From NCBI GenBank assembly GCA_934149275.1, contig CAKPEG010000004.1, positions 1,806-65,805 on the forward strand: DNA of 64,000 nt, written 5' to 3'. A program made the position numbers and the translations under genes. The notes under the pieces are model-generated. The model was not told where the DNA came from. It did no database searches and was given only the letters and a program-made list of their open reading frames with translations. This stretch comes from an uncultured Clostridia bacterium (lineage in GTDB: Bacteria; Bacillota; Clostridia; TANB77; CAG-508). Numbering within the stretch: position 1 is the stretch's first letter; every line of letters begins with the position of its first letter. Of this stretch, positions 48,042 to 57,665 are shown piece after piece.

Positions 48042-48977
48042 ATGGATTTTAGAACAGATATGGCTGTAGAAAGAAGAGATGTATTTAGAAAAATAAACAA
48101 GATATCTAAAGAAATCCCAGGAATAGAAAGCGAAGAAAAGCAGATTTCGGATACAATTCATGTATATAATGTTAGAGTAAAAGACGATGAAGGAGCACAA
48201 GCAATACAAAAGCCAATTGGAAATTATGTGACTATAGATGTTAAAAAAATGAGAAATATTCCAAATGAAGAAAAAGAGAAAATTGCTTTTGCAATATCAA
48301 GTGAATTACAGCAATTAATTAAAGGATTAGTTAATCCTAAAGATGAAATATTAGTTGTAGGATTAGGAAATTTATATTCAACACCAGATTCTTTAGGCCC
48401 AAAAGTAATACAAAGTATTGATGTTACAAGACATATTTTTAAATATTTGCCACAGTATGTGAACGAAAATGACAGAGAAGTTTCTGCGATTTCACCAGGT
48501 GTTTTAGGAAGTACAGGAATTGAAACACAAGAAATATTAAAAGGAATTGTAGATAATGTTAAACCAAAATTAATAATTGCAATAGATAGTTTAGCCTCAA
48601 AGAGTGTAGAGAGAATAAGCAGTTCTGTACAATTATCTGACACAGGAATTATACCAGGTGCAGGTGTTGGAAATAAGAGAAGAGAGCTTTCAAAAGATAC
48701 ATTAGGAGTTCCAGTAATTGCAATTGGTATTCCTACTGTTTTAGATTTTGCAACAATTGTAAGCGAAGGATTAGATTTGTTTATAGAGAATCTGCAAGAT
48801 AAGGCAATGTCAAATGAATATTTAAATCAATTACATGATAGGGATAATTATGAAGAAGTAAAATCAGCATTAAATATAGGTGAATACAATATGATTGTTA
48901 CTCCGAAAGAAATTGATGATTTAGTAGATAATATGAAAGATATTGTCGCAAAAGGAATAAATATTGCAATAAGTTAA
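48042..48977 (+). CDS. gpr: GPR germination (spore) endopeptidase
   Basis: MDFRTDMAVERRD, VVGLGN...TPDSLGP and AIDSLAS. Confidence 0.9.
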   Translation: MDFRTDMAVERRDVFRKINKISKEIPGIESEEKQISDTIHVYNVRVKDDEGAQAIQKPIGNYVTIDVKKMRNIPNEEKEKIAFAISSELQQLIKGLVNPKDEILVVGLGNLYSTPDSLGPKVIQSIDVTRHIFKYLPQYVNENDREVSAISPGVLGSTGIETQEILKGIVDNVKPKLIIAIDSLASKSVERISSSVQLSDTGIIPGAGVGNKRRELSKDTLGVPVIAIGIPTVLDFATIVSEGLDLFIENLQDKAMSNEYLNQLHDRDNYEEVKSALNIGEYNMIVTPKEIDDLVDNMKDIVAKGINIAIS

Positions 48978-48984
48978 TAAGAAA

Positions 48985-49020
48985 AATCTTATATGTAATT
49001 TGCACATATAAGATTTTTTT
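48985..49020 (+). terminator. intrinsic terminator after gpr
   Basis: Stem AATCTTATATGT / ACATATAAGATT followed by T7. Confidence 0.85.
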
Positions 49021-49039
49021 ACGTTTATTAATTATAGAA

Positions 49040-49164
49040 GAAAATATTATATTTGATTTTTGAGTGACGCATAGTTTGAAAGTTTTTCCTCAGGTATTCT
49101 AAACGAAGTTTAGTAGGTGGGAAAATATTTTAGCAAGGAACAAAAAAATAAATATAATATTTTC
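49040..49164 (+). repeat. Family-A palindromic MITE-like repeat, copy A4
   Basis: Same TIRs and core as the other A copies, with a diverged 5' arm of the central hairpin (CCTCAGGTATT). Outer flanks are TTAATTATAGAA and TTAATAAT. Confidence 0.9.
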
Positions 49165-49298
49165 TTAATAATAAAAGTGCTTTTAACCGCCATGTATTGA
49201 AAAATATGTTATTGACATATTAATATTTAATGAATAAAATTAGATTGAAGAAATACTATAAGATAAAACATAAAATAAATGAAAGAGAGGAAAATAAT

Positions 49299-50504
49299 AT
49301 GGGATTTATTAAAGCATTTACAGGAGCATTAAGTGGAACATTTGCAGATCAATGGTTAGACTTCTATGTGCCAAAAGCAGGAGTACCAGCAACAGCAGCA
49401 GTATTTGGAGCAGAGAAAAAAGAAAAAGATAATGGTAGAGGAGAAAATACAAAAGGATCTGAAAATATAATAACAAACGGAAGTAAAATAGTAGTTCCAG
49501 AAGGAACAGCATTAATTACATTACAAGATGGAGCAATAACAGGATGTATAACAGAGCCAGGAGGATTTATTTTTACATCAGATGATCCTAATTCAAGATC
49601 ATTCTTAGCTGGAGATGGAATAATTTCATCAACATTAGGAACATCTTGGCAAAGATTTAAATATGGTGGAATACCTGGAAGTGAGCAAGTAGCTATATAT
49701 GTAAATTTAAAAGAAATACCAGGAAACAAATTTGGAACACAATCAGAAATATATTGGGATGACGCATTTTTAGGAACACAAGTTGGAGCATTAGCAAGAG
49801 GTACATATACAATGAAAATCATAGATCCAATATTATTTATAAAATCATTTGTACCTGCTGAATATTTAAGACCAGGAGCAGAAGTGTTTGATTTTGCTGA
49901 TATGGATAATCCAGCAGGAGAGCAATTATTTAACGAAGTTGTAGGAAGCTTATCAGCAGCATTCTCAAATTATTCAAACGATCCAAGTAGAGGAAATCGT
50001 ATGGCAAAAATACAAGGAGATCAAATTGGATTTGCTCAAAGCTTATCTCAAGCAGTTGAAGAAGGATATGGATGGAAATCAGGAAGAGGATTAGAAGTAG
50101 TAAAAGTTGCAATAACAGCTATTGAGTATGACGAAGATACTAAGAAATTATTAAGTGATGTTAAGAAAGCAGATGCTTTGTCAGGTGCAAGAGGAAATTC
50201 ATTTATGCAACAATCAGTTGCACGTGGATTCCAGGCAGCAGGTGAACAAGGCGGAGGATCTGGAATGGCATTTATGGGAATGGGAATAAATTCAGTAGGA
50301 GGATCAATGGGTGCTTTCCAACAGCCAGTGCAACAGCCTCAACAACCAGCTCAACAGCCAGCTCAGCCAGCACAACCAGCGCAACCAGCGCAATCACAAG
50401 AAGATCCATACGAAAGACTAGCTAAATTAAAAAAATTAGCAGATGATGGAGTTATAACTCAAGAGGAATTCGAAGCAGAAAAGAAAAAACTTTTGGGGGT
50501 TTAG
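49299..50504 (+). CDS. SPFH-domain (virion-core-protein-like, YdjI-type) protein with P/Q linker and C-terminal SHOCT domain
   Basis: N-terminus MGFIKAFTGALSGTFADQWLDF, a QQPVQQPQQPAQQPAQPAQPAQPAQ linker, and a C-terminal RLAKLKKLADDGVITQEEFEAEKKKLL (SHOCT pattern). Confidence 0.7.
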   Translation: MGFIKAFTGALSGTFADQWLDFYVPKAGVPATAAVFGAEKKEKDNGRGENTKGSENIITNGSKIVVPEGTALITLQDGAITGCITEPGGFIFTSDDPNSRSFLAGDGIISSTLGTSWQRFKYGGIPGSEQVAIYVNLKEIPGNKFGTQSEIYWDDAFLGTQVGALARGTYTMKIIDPILFIKSFVPAEYLRPGAEVFDFADMDNPAGEQLFNEVVGSLSAAFSNYSNDPSRGNRMAKIQGDQIGFAQSLSQAVEEGYGWKSGRGLEVVKVAITAIEYDEDTKKLLSDVKKADALSGARGNSFMQQSVARGFQAAGEQGGGSGMAFMGMGINSVGGSMGAFQQPVQQPQQPAQQPAQPAQPAQPAQSQEDPYERLAKLKKLADDGVITQEEFEAEKKKLLGV

Positions 50505-50507
50505 AAT

Positions 50508-51929
50508 ATGAATGAAGAAAACGGAGCAACTGTCATAAAAACAGATGTTGGAGCAAAAGATGGTCAAAACAAATGTCCTAAATGTGGAGCTACAGATATT
50601 TCATTAAATCCTAGAAGCGGAAAGTTGAGATGTAATTTTTGTAGATATGAATTTGAACCAGAAAAATTTGATGCAATGGAAACAGATATAAGCAACTTAC
50701 AAGGAGAAGTTGTAGGTTCAGGAGCATCTGATATAATTGCAGACACAAATGATATGGTAACATTTAAATGTAGTAGTTGCGGTGCAGAGGTTGTAGTTGA
50801 TACAGCACAAGCAACTCAAGCTAGATGTCATTGGTGTAGAAATACATTATCTGTAAACCAACAAATTCCCAATGGAGCTGTACCAGATACTGTACTTCCA
50901 TTTAAAATTTCTAAAAAGGAAGCTAAGGAGTCAATTGAACAATTTGTAGGAAAAAGAAAATTCTATGCTCATCCTCAATTTAGAAGAGAATTTACAACAG
51001 AAAATGTAATGGGAGTATATTTACCATACATGATTGTTGATGCAAATGCACATGCCAATTTGCAAGGACAAGGAGAAGTAGAAACAAGAAGTTGGACAGA
51101 GAAAAATGGAGACACATATAGAACATATTATGATGCAGATTTATATGACATTGAAAGAGATTTTGATTTAACAATTGAAGGTTTAACAGTTGAATCAAGT
51201 AAAGATAAACTTGATAGAAGTGGAAAAACAAAAACAAATAATATTATAAATTCAATTATGCCATTTGATACAGAAAACTGTGTAAAATGGGATTCAAATT
51301 ACATAAAAGGATATACATCAGAAAAAAGAGATACAAATGTTGATGAATTAAAAGAACTTGTTGAAGCTCAATCAAAAGACATAGCAAGATTTGCAGCAAA
51401 CAAAACAATTACAAAATATGATAGAGGTGTAAGATGGGATTCTGAGAGACTAGAAGTAAAAGGACAACAATGGAAATCAGCATACTTACCAGTTTGGTTA
51501 TATAGCTATCAAGAGAAAAAAGGTAATGAAAGTTTATTACATTATGTTGCTGTAAATGCCAGAACTAAAGAAACAATGGGAAGTGTTCCAATTCATATGC
51601 CTAAATTATTTGCAATGTCAGCATTTGTTGAACTTTTTGGTATAATCGCTATGATGTTTACAATGAGTGATGATAGATATTGGCCATGGCTATTTTTATT
51701 AAGTGGTTTCATATATTTTTGGATAATATATTCTAAATATAGAAACACAGGTGCAAGACACAATTATGAAACAGAAACAAAAACAGATGTGAAAAATTTA
51801 CGTGAAGAAGATAGATTTATTAGAAAAAGAACTAGACTTGATAATTCAACAATGGAAGGAGCTAATAATAAAAAAATTACAGGAAACGTAGGTTTTAGCT
51901 TCGACAGTGTAAAAAATATGCTTAAATAA
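50508..51929 (+). CDS. double zinc-ribbon membrane protein (YdjG-like)
   Basis: CPKCGA..17..CNFC and CSSCGA..16..CHWC ribbons, with two C-terminal TM helices. Starts 4 nt after the SPFH gene's stop. Confidence 0.6.
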   Translation: MNEENGATVIKTDVGAKDGQNKCPKCGATDISLNPRSGKLRCNFCRYEFEPEKFDAMETDISNLQGEVVGSGASDIIADTNDMVTFKCSSCGAEVVVDTAQATQARCHWCRNTLSVNQQIPNGAVPDTVLPFKISKKEAKESIEQFVGKRKFYAHPQFRREFTTENVMGVYLPYMIVDANAHANLQGQGEVETRSWTEKNGDTYRTYYDADLYDIERDFDLTIEGLTVESSKDKLDRSGKTKTNNIINSIMPFDTENCVKWDSNYIKGYTSEKRDTNVDELKELVEAQSKDIARFAANKTITKYDRGVRWDSERLEVKGQQWKSAYLPVWLYSYQEKKGNESLLHYVAVNARTKETMGSVPIHMPKLFAMSAFVELFGIIAMMFTMSDDRYWPWLFLLSGFIYFWIIYSKYRNTGARHNYETETKTDVKNLREEDRFIRKRTRLDNSTMEGANNKKITGNVGFSFDSVKNMLK

Positions 51930-51939
51930 AATTTTCAAT

Positions 51940-51968
51940 AAAGAGAACTTAAAAGAGTTCTCTTTATT
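51940..51968 (+). terminator. intrinsic terminator
   Basis: Stem AAAGAGAACT / AGTTCTCTTT. Confidence 0.7.
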
Positions 51969-52022
51969 TGAAATATATGATATACTTCATAAGAAATTAA
52001 AACAAAAGGAGTGATTGCACAT

Positions 52023-52655
52023 ATGGGTGAAAAAATAAAAATATTATGCTATGGAGATTCTAACACTTGGGGCTATATACCAGGAACAGATCATCAGAGA
52101 TTTAGCAAAGATGAAAGATGGCCAGGAGCTCTTCAAAGAATGTTAGGAGATAAATATGAAATAATTGAAGAAGGATTAAATAGCAGAACTTTAATATCAG
52201 TAGATAAACGTAGAGATAGAGAAGGTAGAAGTGGAGCAGAATATTTATTACCATGCTTAGATACACATGATCCAATCGATTTAGTAATAATAATGCTTGG
52301 AACAAATGAATTAAAAACAGAATTTTATAGAAATCCAAAAGAAATTGGGGAAATATTTGAAGAAAGTTTTGTTAAGAAAATTATTTCAAGAAAATCTGTA
52401 TGCAGAAAAACTTGTCCCAAACTATTGATAGTAGCTCCACCAATAATAACAAAAGAAAGTCCAAAATTTATTGGTGGAATAGAAAAATCAAAGAAGATAT
52501 CTGAGATTTATGAAGATATCGCAATGAGAAACGATTGCGAATTCATAGGTAACGAAGAATGGCTAGTTGGAGAAGATGGAATCCATTTAAGTAGAGATGG
52601 ACACAGAATTTTAGCAAGCAAATTAAGTATGAAAGTTAAAGAAATTTTTAAATAA
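52023..52655 (+). CDS. SGNH/GDSL-family hydrolase (arylesterase-like)
   Basis: ILCYGDSNTWGY (block I), GLNSRT, GTNE, and a DGIHLS block V. Confidence 0.85.
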   Translation: MGEKIKILCYGDSNTWGYIPGTDHQRFSKDERWPGALQRMLGDKYEIIEEGLNSRTLISVDKRRDREGRSGAEYLLPCLDTHDPIDLVIIMLGTNELKTEFYRNPKEIGEIFEESFVKKIISRKSVCRKTCPKLLIVAPPIITKESPKFIGGIEKSKKISEIYEDIAMRNDCEFIGNEEWLVGEDGIHLSRDGHRILASKLSMKVKEIFK

Positions 52656-52723
52656 ATATGTATATAAAATTAATAATTATTGGTATAATAAACAAGAGAA
52701 AAAAGAAAAGGAGATGTTAACGA

Positions 52724-53875
52724 ATGACAAAATTTGTTTTAAATGAAACTTCATATTTTGGAAAAGGGGCAAGAGAAGAATTGCCTAGAGAAATCAAAGA
52801 AAGAGGTTTCAAAAAAGTATTAGTAGTAACAGATAAAGCTTTATTTGAAGTAGGAGTAACTGCAAGAGTAACAGAAGTTTTGGATAAAGCAGGAATTGAG
52901 TATTCAGTATACTCAGAAGTTAAACCAAACCCAACAATAAAAAATGTACTAGATGGATTAGCAAAATGTAAAGAATTTGGAGCTGATGTAATAGTTGCAG
53001 TAGGTGGAGGATCTAGTATTGATACTGCAAAAGGAATATCAATATTAATGACAAACCCAGATAGAATGGATGTTGTATCATTAAATGGAGCATCAAACAC
53101 AAAAAATAAAGGATTACCATTAATTGCATTACCAACAACATCAGGAACAGCAGCAGAAGTTACAATAAACTATGTAATAACAGATGAAGAAAGAAAAATA
53201 AAGATGGTATGTGTTGACCCACACGATATTCCAATCTTAGCAATAGTTGATTCTGATTTAATGGCATCAATGCCAAAGTCAATTGCAGCTTCAACAGGAA
53301 TGGATGCATTAACACATGCAGTAGAAGGATATATCACAAAAGCACACAACACAATGTCAGATATGTTCCATATGAAAGCTATTCAATTAATATTTGCAAA
53401 CTTACCAGCAGCAGTAAATGATAAAGACGAAAAAGCAATAGAGAATATGGGACTTGCTCAATATATTGCTGGTATGGGATTCTCAAATGTTGGTTTAGGA
53501 ATTGTTCACTCAATGGCTCATCAATTAGGAGCTGTATATGATACACCACATGGAGTAGCAAATGCAATTTTATTACCAACAGTAATGAGATTCAATGGAG
53601 CTGTATGTGCAGATAGATTTAGAGAAATCTTAGTTAATATAGGAAGACCTGATGCAGCACACTTAAATGATCAAGATGTAATAAATACTTTCGTTTGGAT
53701 GATTGAAGAATTATCTAAAAAGGTTGGAATTACAATGAGAGTAAAAGATACAGGATGCAAAGAAGAAGATTTAGAAATGCTTGCAGATAAAGCAATGCAA
53801 GATCCTTGCAAACCAGGAAATCCAAGAGAAGTTTCAAAAGAAGATTTCATTAGATTGTTCAGAGAAGCAATGTAG
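52724..53875 (+). CDS. iron-containing alcohol dehydrogenase (lactaldehyde / propanediol oxidoreductase-like)
   Basis: Motifs GGGSSIDTAKG, ALPTTSGTAAEVT, DALTHAVEGY, GIVHSMAHQLG. Confidence 0.9.
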   Translation: MTKFVLNETSYFGKGAREELPREIKERGFKKVLVVTDKALFEVGVTARVTEVLDKAGIEYSVYSEVKPNPTIKNVLDGLAKCKEFGADVIVAVGGGSSIDTAKGISILMTNPDRMDVVSLNGASNTKNKGLPLIALPTTSGTAAEVTINYVITDEERKIKMVCVDPHDIPILAIVDSDLMASMPKSIAASTGMDALTHAVEGYITKAHNTMSDMFHMKAIQLIFANLPAAVNDKDEKAIENMGLAQYIAGMGFSNVGLGIVHSMAHQLGAVYDTPHGVANAILLPTVMRFNGAVCADRFREILVNIGRPDAAHLNDQDVINTFVWMIEELSKKVGITMRVKDTGCKEEDLEMLADKAMQDPCKPGNPREVSKEDFIRLFREAM

Positions 53876-53890
53876 GGTTATATATTCAAT

Positions 53891-54119
53891 GAAAAATTTT
53901 ATATTAACTTTTTGAATCACCGCGCAGGGACCAAACGAACGAAGTGAGTTCGATTGAAGCATTCTACCCGGTTAGAAAATAAAAAATATCAATTGACTAT
54001 AAAGCCAATTGATATTTTTATTTTCTAAATTTAAAGAATGCAGGGCAGCAAGGTGTGAGAAAATTAATATAAAATTTTTCAACCGCGGTGGTTCGAAAAA
54101 GCTTAATATAAATTTTTTC
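53891..54119. repeat. Family-C composite palindromic repeat (TIRs related to family A) enclosing a 22-bp-stem hairpin
   Basis: Left end GAAAAATTTTATATTAACTTTTTGAATCACCGCGCAG against right end (reverse complement) GAAAAAATTTATATTAAGCTTTTTCGAACCACCGCGG. An extra internal right-end copy ends at 54080. The central hairpin spans 53972-54026. Confidence 0.8.
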
Positions 54120-54139
54120 TAGAATAAAAGTATAAAAAA

Positions 54140-54257
54140 GAATATTATATTTATTTTTTAGTGACGCGCAGTTTGAGAGTTTTTACCTAACCTTCTAAAC
54201 GAAGTTTTGTGGGTGGTAAAATCTCTTAGCAAGAAGCAAAAAATAAATATAATATTC
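54140..54257 (+). repeat. Family-A palindromic MITE-like repeat, copy A5
   Basis: Diverged copy. The outermost pair of the central hairpin has changed from C-G to A-T on both arms (compensatory). Confidence 0.85.
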
Positions 54258-54269
54258 TTTTAAAAGTTA

Positions 54270-54959
54270 TTATAGAAATTTTAATAAATCTAAAATAATC
54301 AAATGAAGCGGATAGAAACAGTAAAACATCAATTTAATCCTACTACTTGATTTCCCCTTTTTGCCATTATACGCCAAAATTAAAGTTAACGAAATTACTG
54401 AGAAAAACAATTGGAACAAAATATATTGCAAATTAAAAAGTGAAAACGTATAATAAGACATTTTTTTCATATATAAAATAAACAATAAAAATATTTGAGT
54501 AGATACCATATAAAGTTTATTTGCCCTAAAAATATAAAAGCAAACAATCATTAAAACACCAAAAGCACCATAATCAAACTTTAATAATTCTGAGATTACA
54601 GCTAATAGAATTATAAGGGGAATAGAAATATATTTTGATTTTATCTTATCATAAATTCTAATTCCAAGTAATCCAAAGGCTAATGTAAAGAAAATATTTA
54701 AATATAAGCCGTTAAAAGACCTTCCAACAAATAATAAATAAGCAGGAACTTGTGAAATTACTCCGAAAACAATTAGTCTAGTCAAATATTTTTTAAAGTT
54801 TCTTGTGTGAACATACCCTTCAGAAATTAAAAATGCAAACAAAGGAAAAGCAACTTTTCCAATGTAAATCAAAGGAACAGAATACTTTGGATACACGAAT
54901 GGTATATGGCACAATAACATAGTAAAACAAGCTATAAATTTTAATAAAAATGCTGACAT
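54270..54959 (-). CDS. TraX family membrane protein
   Basis: LLKFIACFTMLLCHIP N-terminus and a multi-TM body typical of TraX. Confidence 0.8.
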   Translation of the reverse strand: MSAFLLKFIACFTMLLCHIPFVYPKYSVPLIYIGKVAFPLFAFLISEGYVHTRNFKKYLTRLIVFGVISQVPAYLLFVGRSFNGLYLNIFFTLAFGLLGIRIYDKIKSKYISIPLIILLAVISELLKFDYGAFGVLMIVCFYIFRANKLYMVSTQIFLLFILYMKKMSYYTFSLFNLQYILFQLFFSVISLTLILAYNGKKGKSSSRIKLMFYCFYPLHLIILDLLKFL

Positions 54960-55034
54960 AAAAATACTCCTTATTTTTTTCTATTATTATATCAATTACG
55001 AGAAAGATATTTCAATAGAAAATAAGGAGTAAAA

Positions 55035-55862
55035 TTAATCATTACTTTTATTTTTAGAATCAGCAAAAGTAGTTTTATAAAAATTACAAATTTCACAGTC
55101 GTAACAAATAGAAATTTTGTTGCTAAATATATTTTTTAATGTTTTCAAAAATTCATCTTCTTGACTTAAAACATGAACATACAATTTATTCGGAAGTAAA
55201 TTAAGAACAGTGTTAAGTACATAATCATTATTAGAAAACGAAATATCAGATAAATATTTTGAATCAACAATGTTATTATCAATAGGGATAATGTTTTTAT
55301 TTTTATCCAACAAAATTGCTTCTTGGTTTAAATAAACTAAGTTAATAACATCAATTTTAGAAGGTTCAGAGTTTATATAATCACGGAGTAAAGTTATAAA
55401 CTTATCATATTCTCGATTTATAATAAAATTATTAACAGACAGATCGACCAAATATTCAAGAACTTCAATATAATCTTTTAATCGAAAATTAATAAATCCA
55501 GAAAGAATCATAGATGGATTATTTTTTATATAATCATATACAGATATAAAAACCAAATCATCTTTACTTTGCAAATTGTCATCAATAATAGAAGAGGAAA
55601 TATTAGATATTTGTAATTGTTCATAATCAGAAAAATAGAAATAATTTTTTTTAATAATCTTCTTAATTAATATTCTTTCATATATAGTAATTATTAAATT
55701 AGAAATGAATAATGAAAAATTTTGAATAGAAGATGCATCAAAAGTAAAAACTATCTTATTTTTTCCTTCTTTAAATTTCACATCTTGTAAATTAAAATTC
55801 TTTGAAATATAAGAACAAACTTCGTTATACTCTTTAGAATTTTCAAGAAACAGAGTAAACAT
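55035..55862 (-). CDS. ytxC: possible YtxC-like sporulation protein
   Basis: The size (275 aa) and composition resemble clostridial YtxC-like proteins. This rests on weak recollection only. Confidence 0.35.
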   Translation of the reverse strand: MFTLFLENSKEYNEVCSYISKNFNLQDVKFKEGKNKIVFTFDASSIQNFSLFISNLIITIYERILIKKIIKKNYFYFSDYEQLQISNISSSIIDDNLQSKDDLVFISVYDYIKNNPSMILSGFINFRLKDYIEVLEYLVDLSVNNFIINREYDKFITLLRDYINSEPSKIDVINLVYLNQEAILLDKNKNIIPIDNNIVDSKYLSDISFSNNDYVLNTVLNLLPNKLYVHVLSQEDEFLKTLKNIFSNKISICYDCEICNFYKTTFADSKNKSND

Positions 55863-55964
55863 ACAATAAGCCTCCTACAAAAGTATTATTGACACTTTGT
55901 AATAGTTTATTCTAAAAGACAAAAAAAGAGTTTGTCATATTACGACAAACTCAAAATATATATT

Positions 55965-57554
55965 TTATTTATAAATTCTATAATCAATATCAGTAAAAAT
56001 TAAATCTTGCTCATAAATATCATCAACAAATTTTTCATCAATCTTATCATTTTTAATTTGATAATACAATTTTGTAAAACGACCGATATGCTGTTTGATT
56101 CTCTTTTTAGCATAATCAACCATAGTTCCATTGGTGATAATAAATAGCCAATCACTACTTTGAGCAAGTAAAAGTTCACGAGCACATTGATTTAATGCCT
56201 TTTTTCTTGTACCATCTTCTTCGTCAGGGAACATATTAGCAAGTTCAACCATTCTGTTTCCAGCTTTGTGAAGATGACGATGAGCATAATCATTTGTTGG
56301 ATTAAGCCAAACTTCACTATATCCGTTAGCACCCCAACTTGAACGGCAAGGAGAGGCAACTTGAATATTTGGATGTCTGTCAATATAATCTCCAGGAGTT
56401 ATAAGACTGAAATTACAATCATCATAATAAATTTTCTTAAATAAAACATATAACCAATAAGGACCTTCATACCACCAATGTCCATAAAGTTCAGCATCAT
56501 AAGGACAAACAACAATAGGAGGAGTATCCATAAATTTTGCAAGTGTATCTATTTGAGCAGTTCTTGAATCAAGAAAATGACCAGCTTGTCTTTCAGCTGT
56601 ATCCATAGCCCATCTAGGATTATAATAATCTTTTTCACCAGATTTAGAAGTAATTCTATAATACTTAATTCCAGTATGAACACGCACACCATTAGAAGCA
56701 ATGTAAGGTTTTATATAATCATAATCTAAATCATATCCAATATCTCTATAAAATTCTCTATAATTAAAATCACCTGGGTAACCACAAATAGAACTCCAAA
56801 CTTGTTTTGAAGACTCGATATCTCTACCAAATGCAACCAAACCACCAGGAGAAACAATAGGTGCAAATGTTCCATAAAGTGGAGCAGGGTCAGCATATAA
56901 AATTCCATGTGATTCTACAATAGCATATTCGATACCAAACTCTTTTAAATATTGATCAGCTTCAGGAATATATCCACATTCAGGAAGCCAAATTCCACGA
57001 GGTTGTCTACCAAAATATTTTTTATATGTTTGAACTCCAACAGCAATTTGAGCTCTAACTGTTTGAGGAGTAACATAAAGTATAGGAAAATATCCATGCG
57101 TAGCACCACAAGTAATAATCTCCAAAAATCCAGCATCTTGAAAATGCTTAAATCCAGTTATTAAATTGCAATCATAAACATCCCTAAAAACATGTAAATC
57201 ATTAGAATATCTATCATAATAATATTGAGCTAAATTATGAACTCTTTCATCATAAACCGTTCTCTTTAATTCTTTTTTTGCAAGCTCAATATGTTTCTTT
57301 AAATATTTAATATAACGTTCTTGTAATAATTTGTTATCAAGCATATATAAAAGTGGAGGAGTCATTGTCATCGTTAATCTAAACTTAACATTTTCTTCTT
57401 CTAACTTCTTGAAATTAAGTAATAATGGAATATAAGTTTCAGACATTGCTTCAAAAAGCCATTGTTCCTCTAAATAATCTTCACTTTCAGGATGGTGAAT
57501 AAATGGCAAATGGGCATGAAGTATAAAAGTAACGTATCCTTTATTTTTATCCAT
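55965..57554 (-). CDS. GH57-family 1,4-alpha-glucan branching enzyme
   Basis: GYVTFILHAHLPFIHHPE, WLPECGY and a C-terminal DUF1957-like helical domain. Confidence 0.88.
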   Translation of the reverse strand: MDKNKGYVTFILHAHLPFIHHPESEDYLEEQWLFEAMSETYIPLLLNFKKLEEENVKFRLTMTMTPPLLYMLDNKLLQERYIKYLKKHIELAKKELKRTVYDERVHNLAQYYYDRYSNDLHVFRDVYDCNLITGFKHFQDAGFLEIITCGATHGYFPILYVTPQTVRAQIAVGVQTYKKYFGRQPRGIWLPECGYIPEADQYLKEFGIEYAIVESHGILYADPAPLYGTFAPIVSPGGLVAFGRDIESSKQVWSSICGYPGDFNYREFYRDIGYDLDYDYIKPYIASNGVRVHTGIKYYRITSKSGEKDYYNPRWAMDTAERQAGHFLDSRTAQIDTLAKFMDTPPIVVCPYDAELYGHWWYEGPYWLYVLFKKIYYDDCNFSLITPGDYIDRHPNIQVASPCRSSWGANGYSEVWLNPTNDYAHRHLHKAGNRMVELANMFPDEEDGTRKKALNQCARELLLAQSSDWLFIITNGTMVDYAKKRIKQHIGRFTKLYYQIKNDKIDEKFVDDIYEQDLIFTDIDYRIYK

Positions 57555-57665
57555 AAAAATCTCCTTTATTTTTTAAGTGTAATAATAAAAAGCTTATATA
57601 AAATTCTTCAATAGAAAAAGGCAAAAGCAATTAATTAAATTTAAAAACATAGCTTTTGCCAAATC

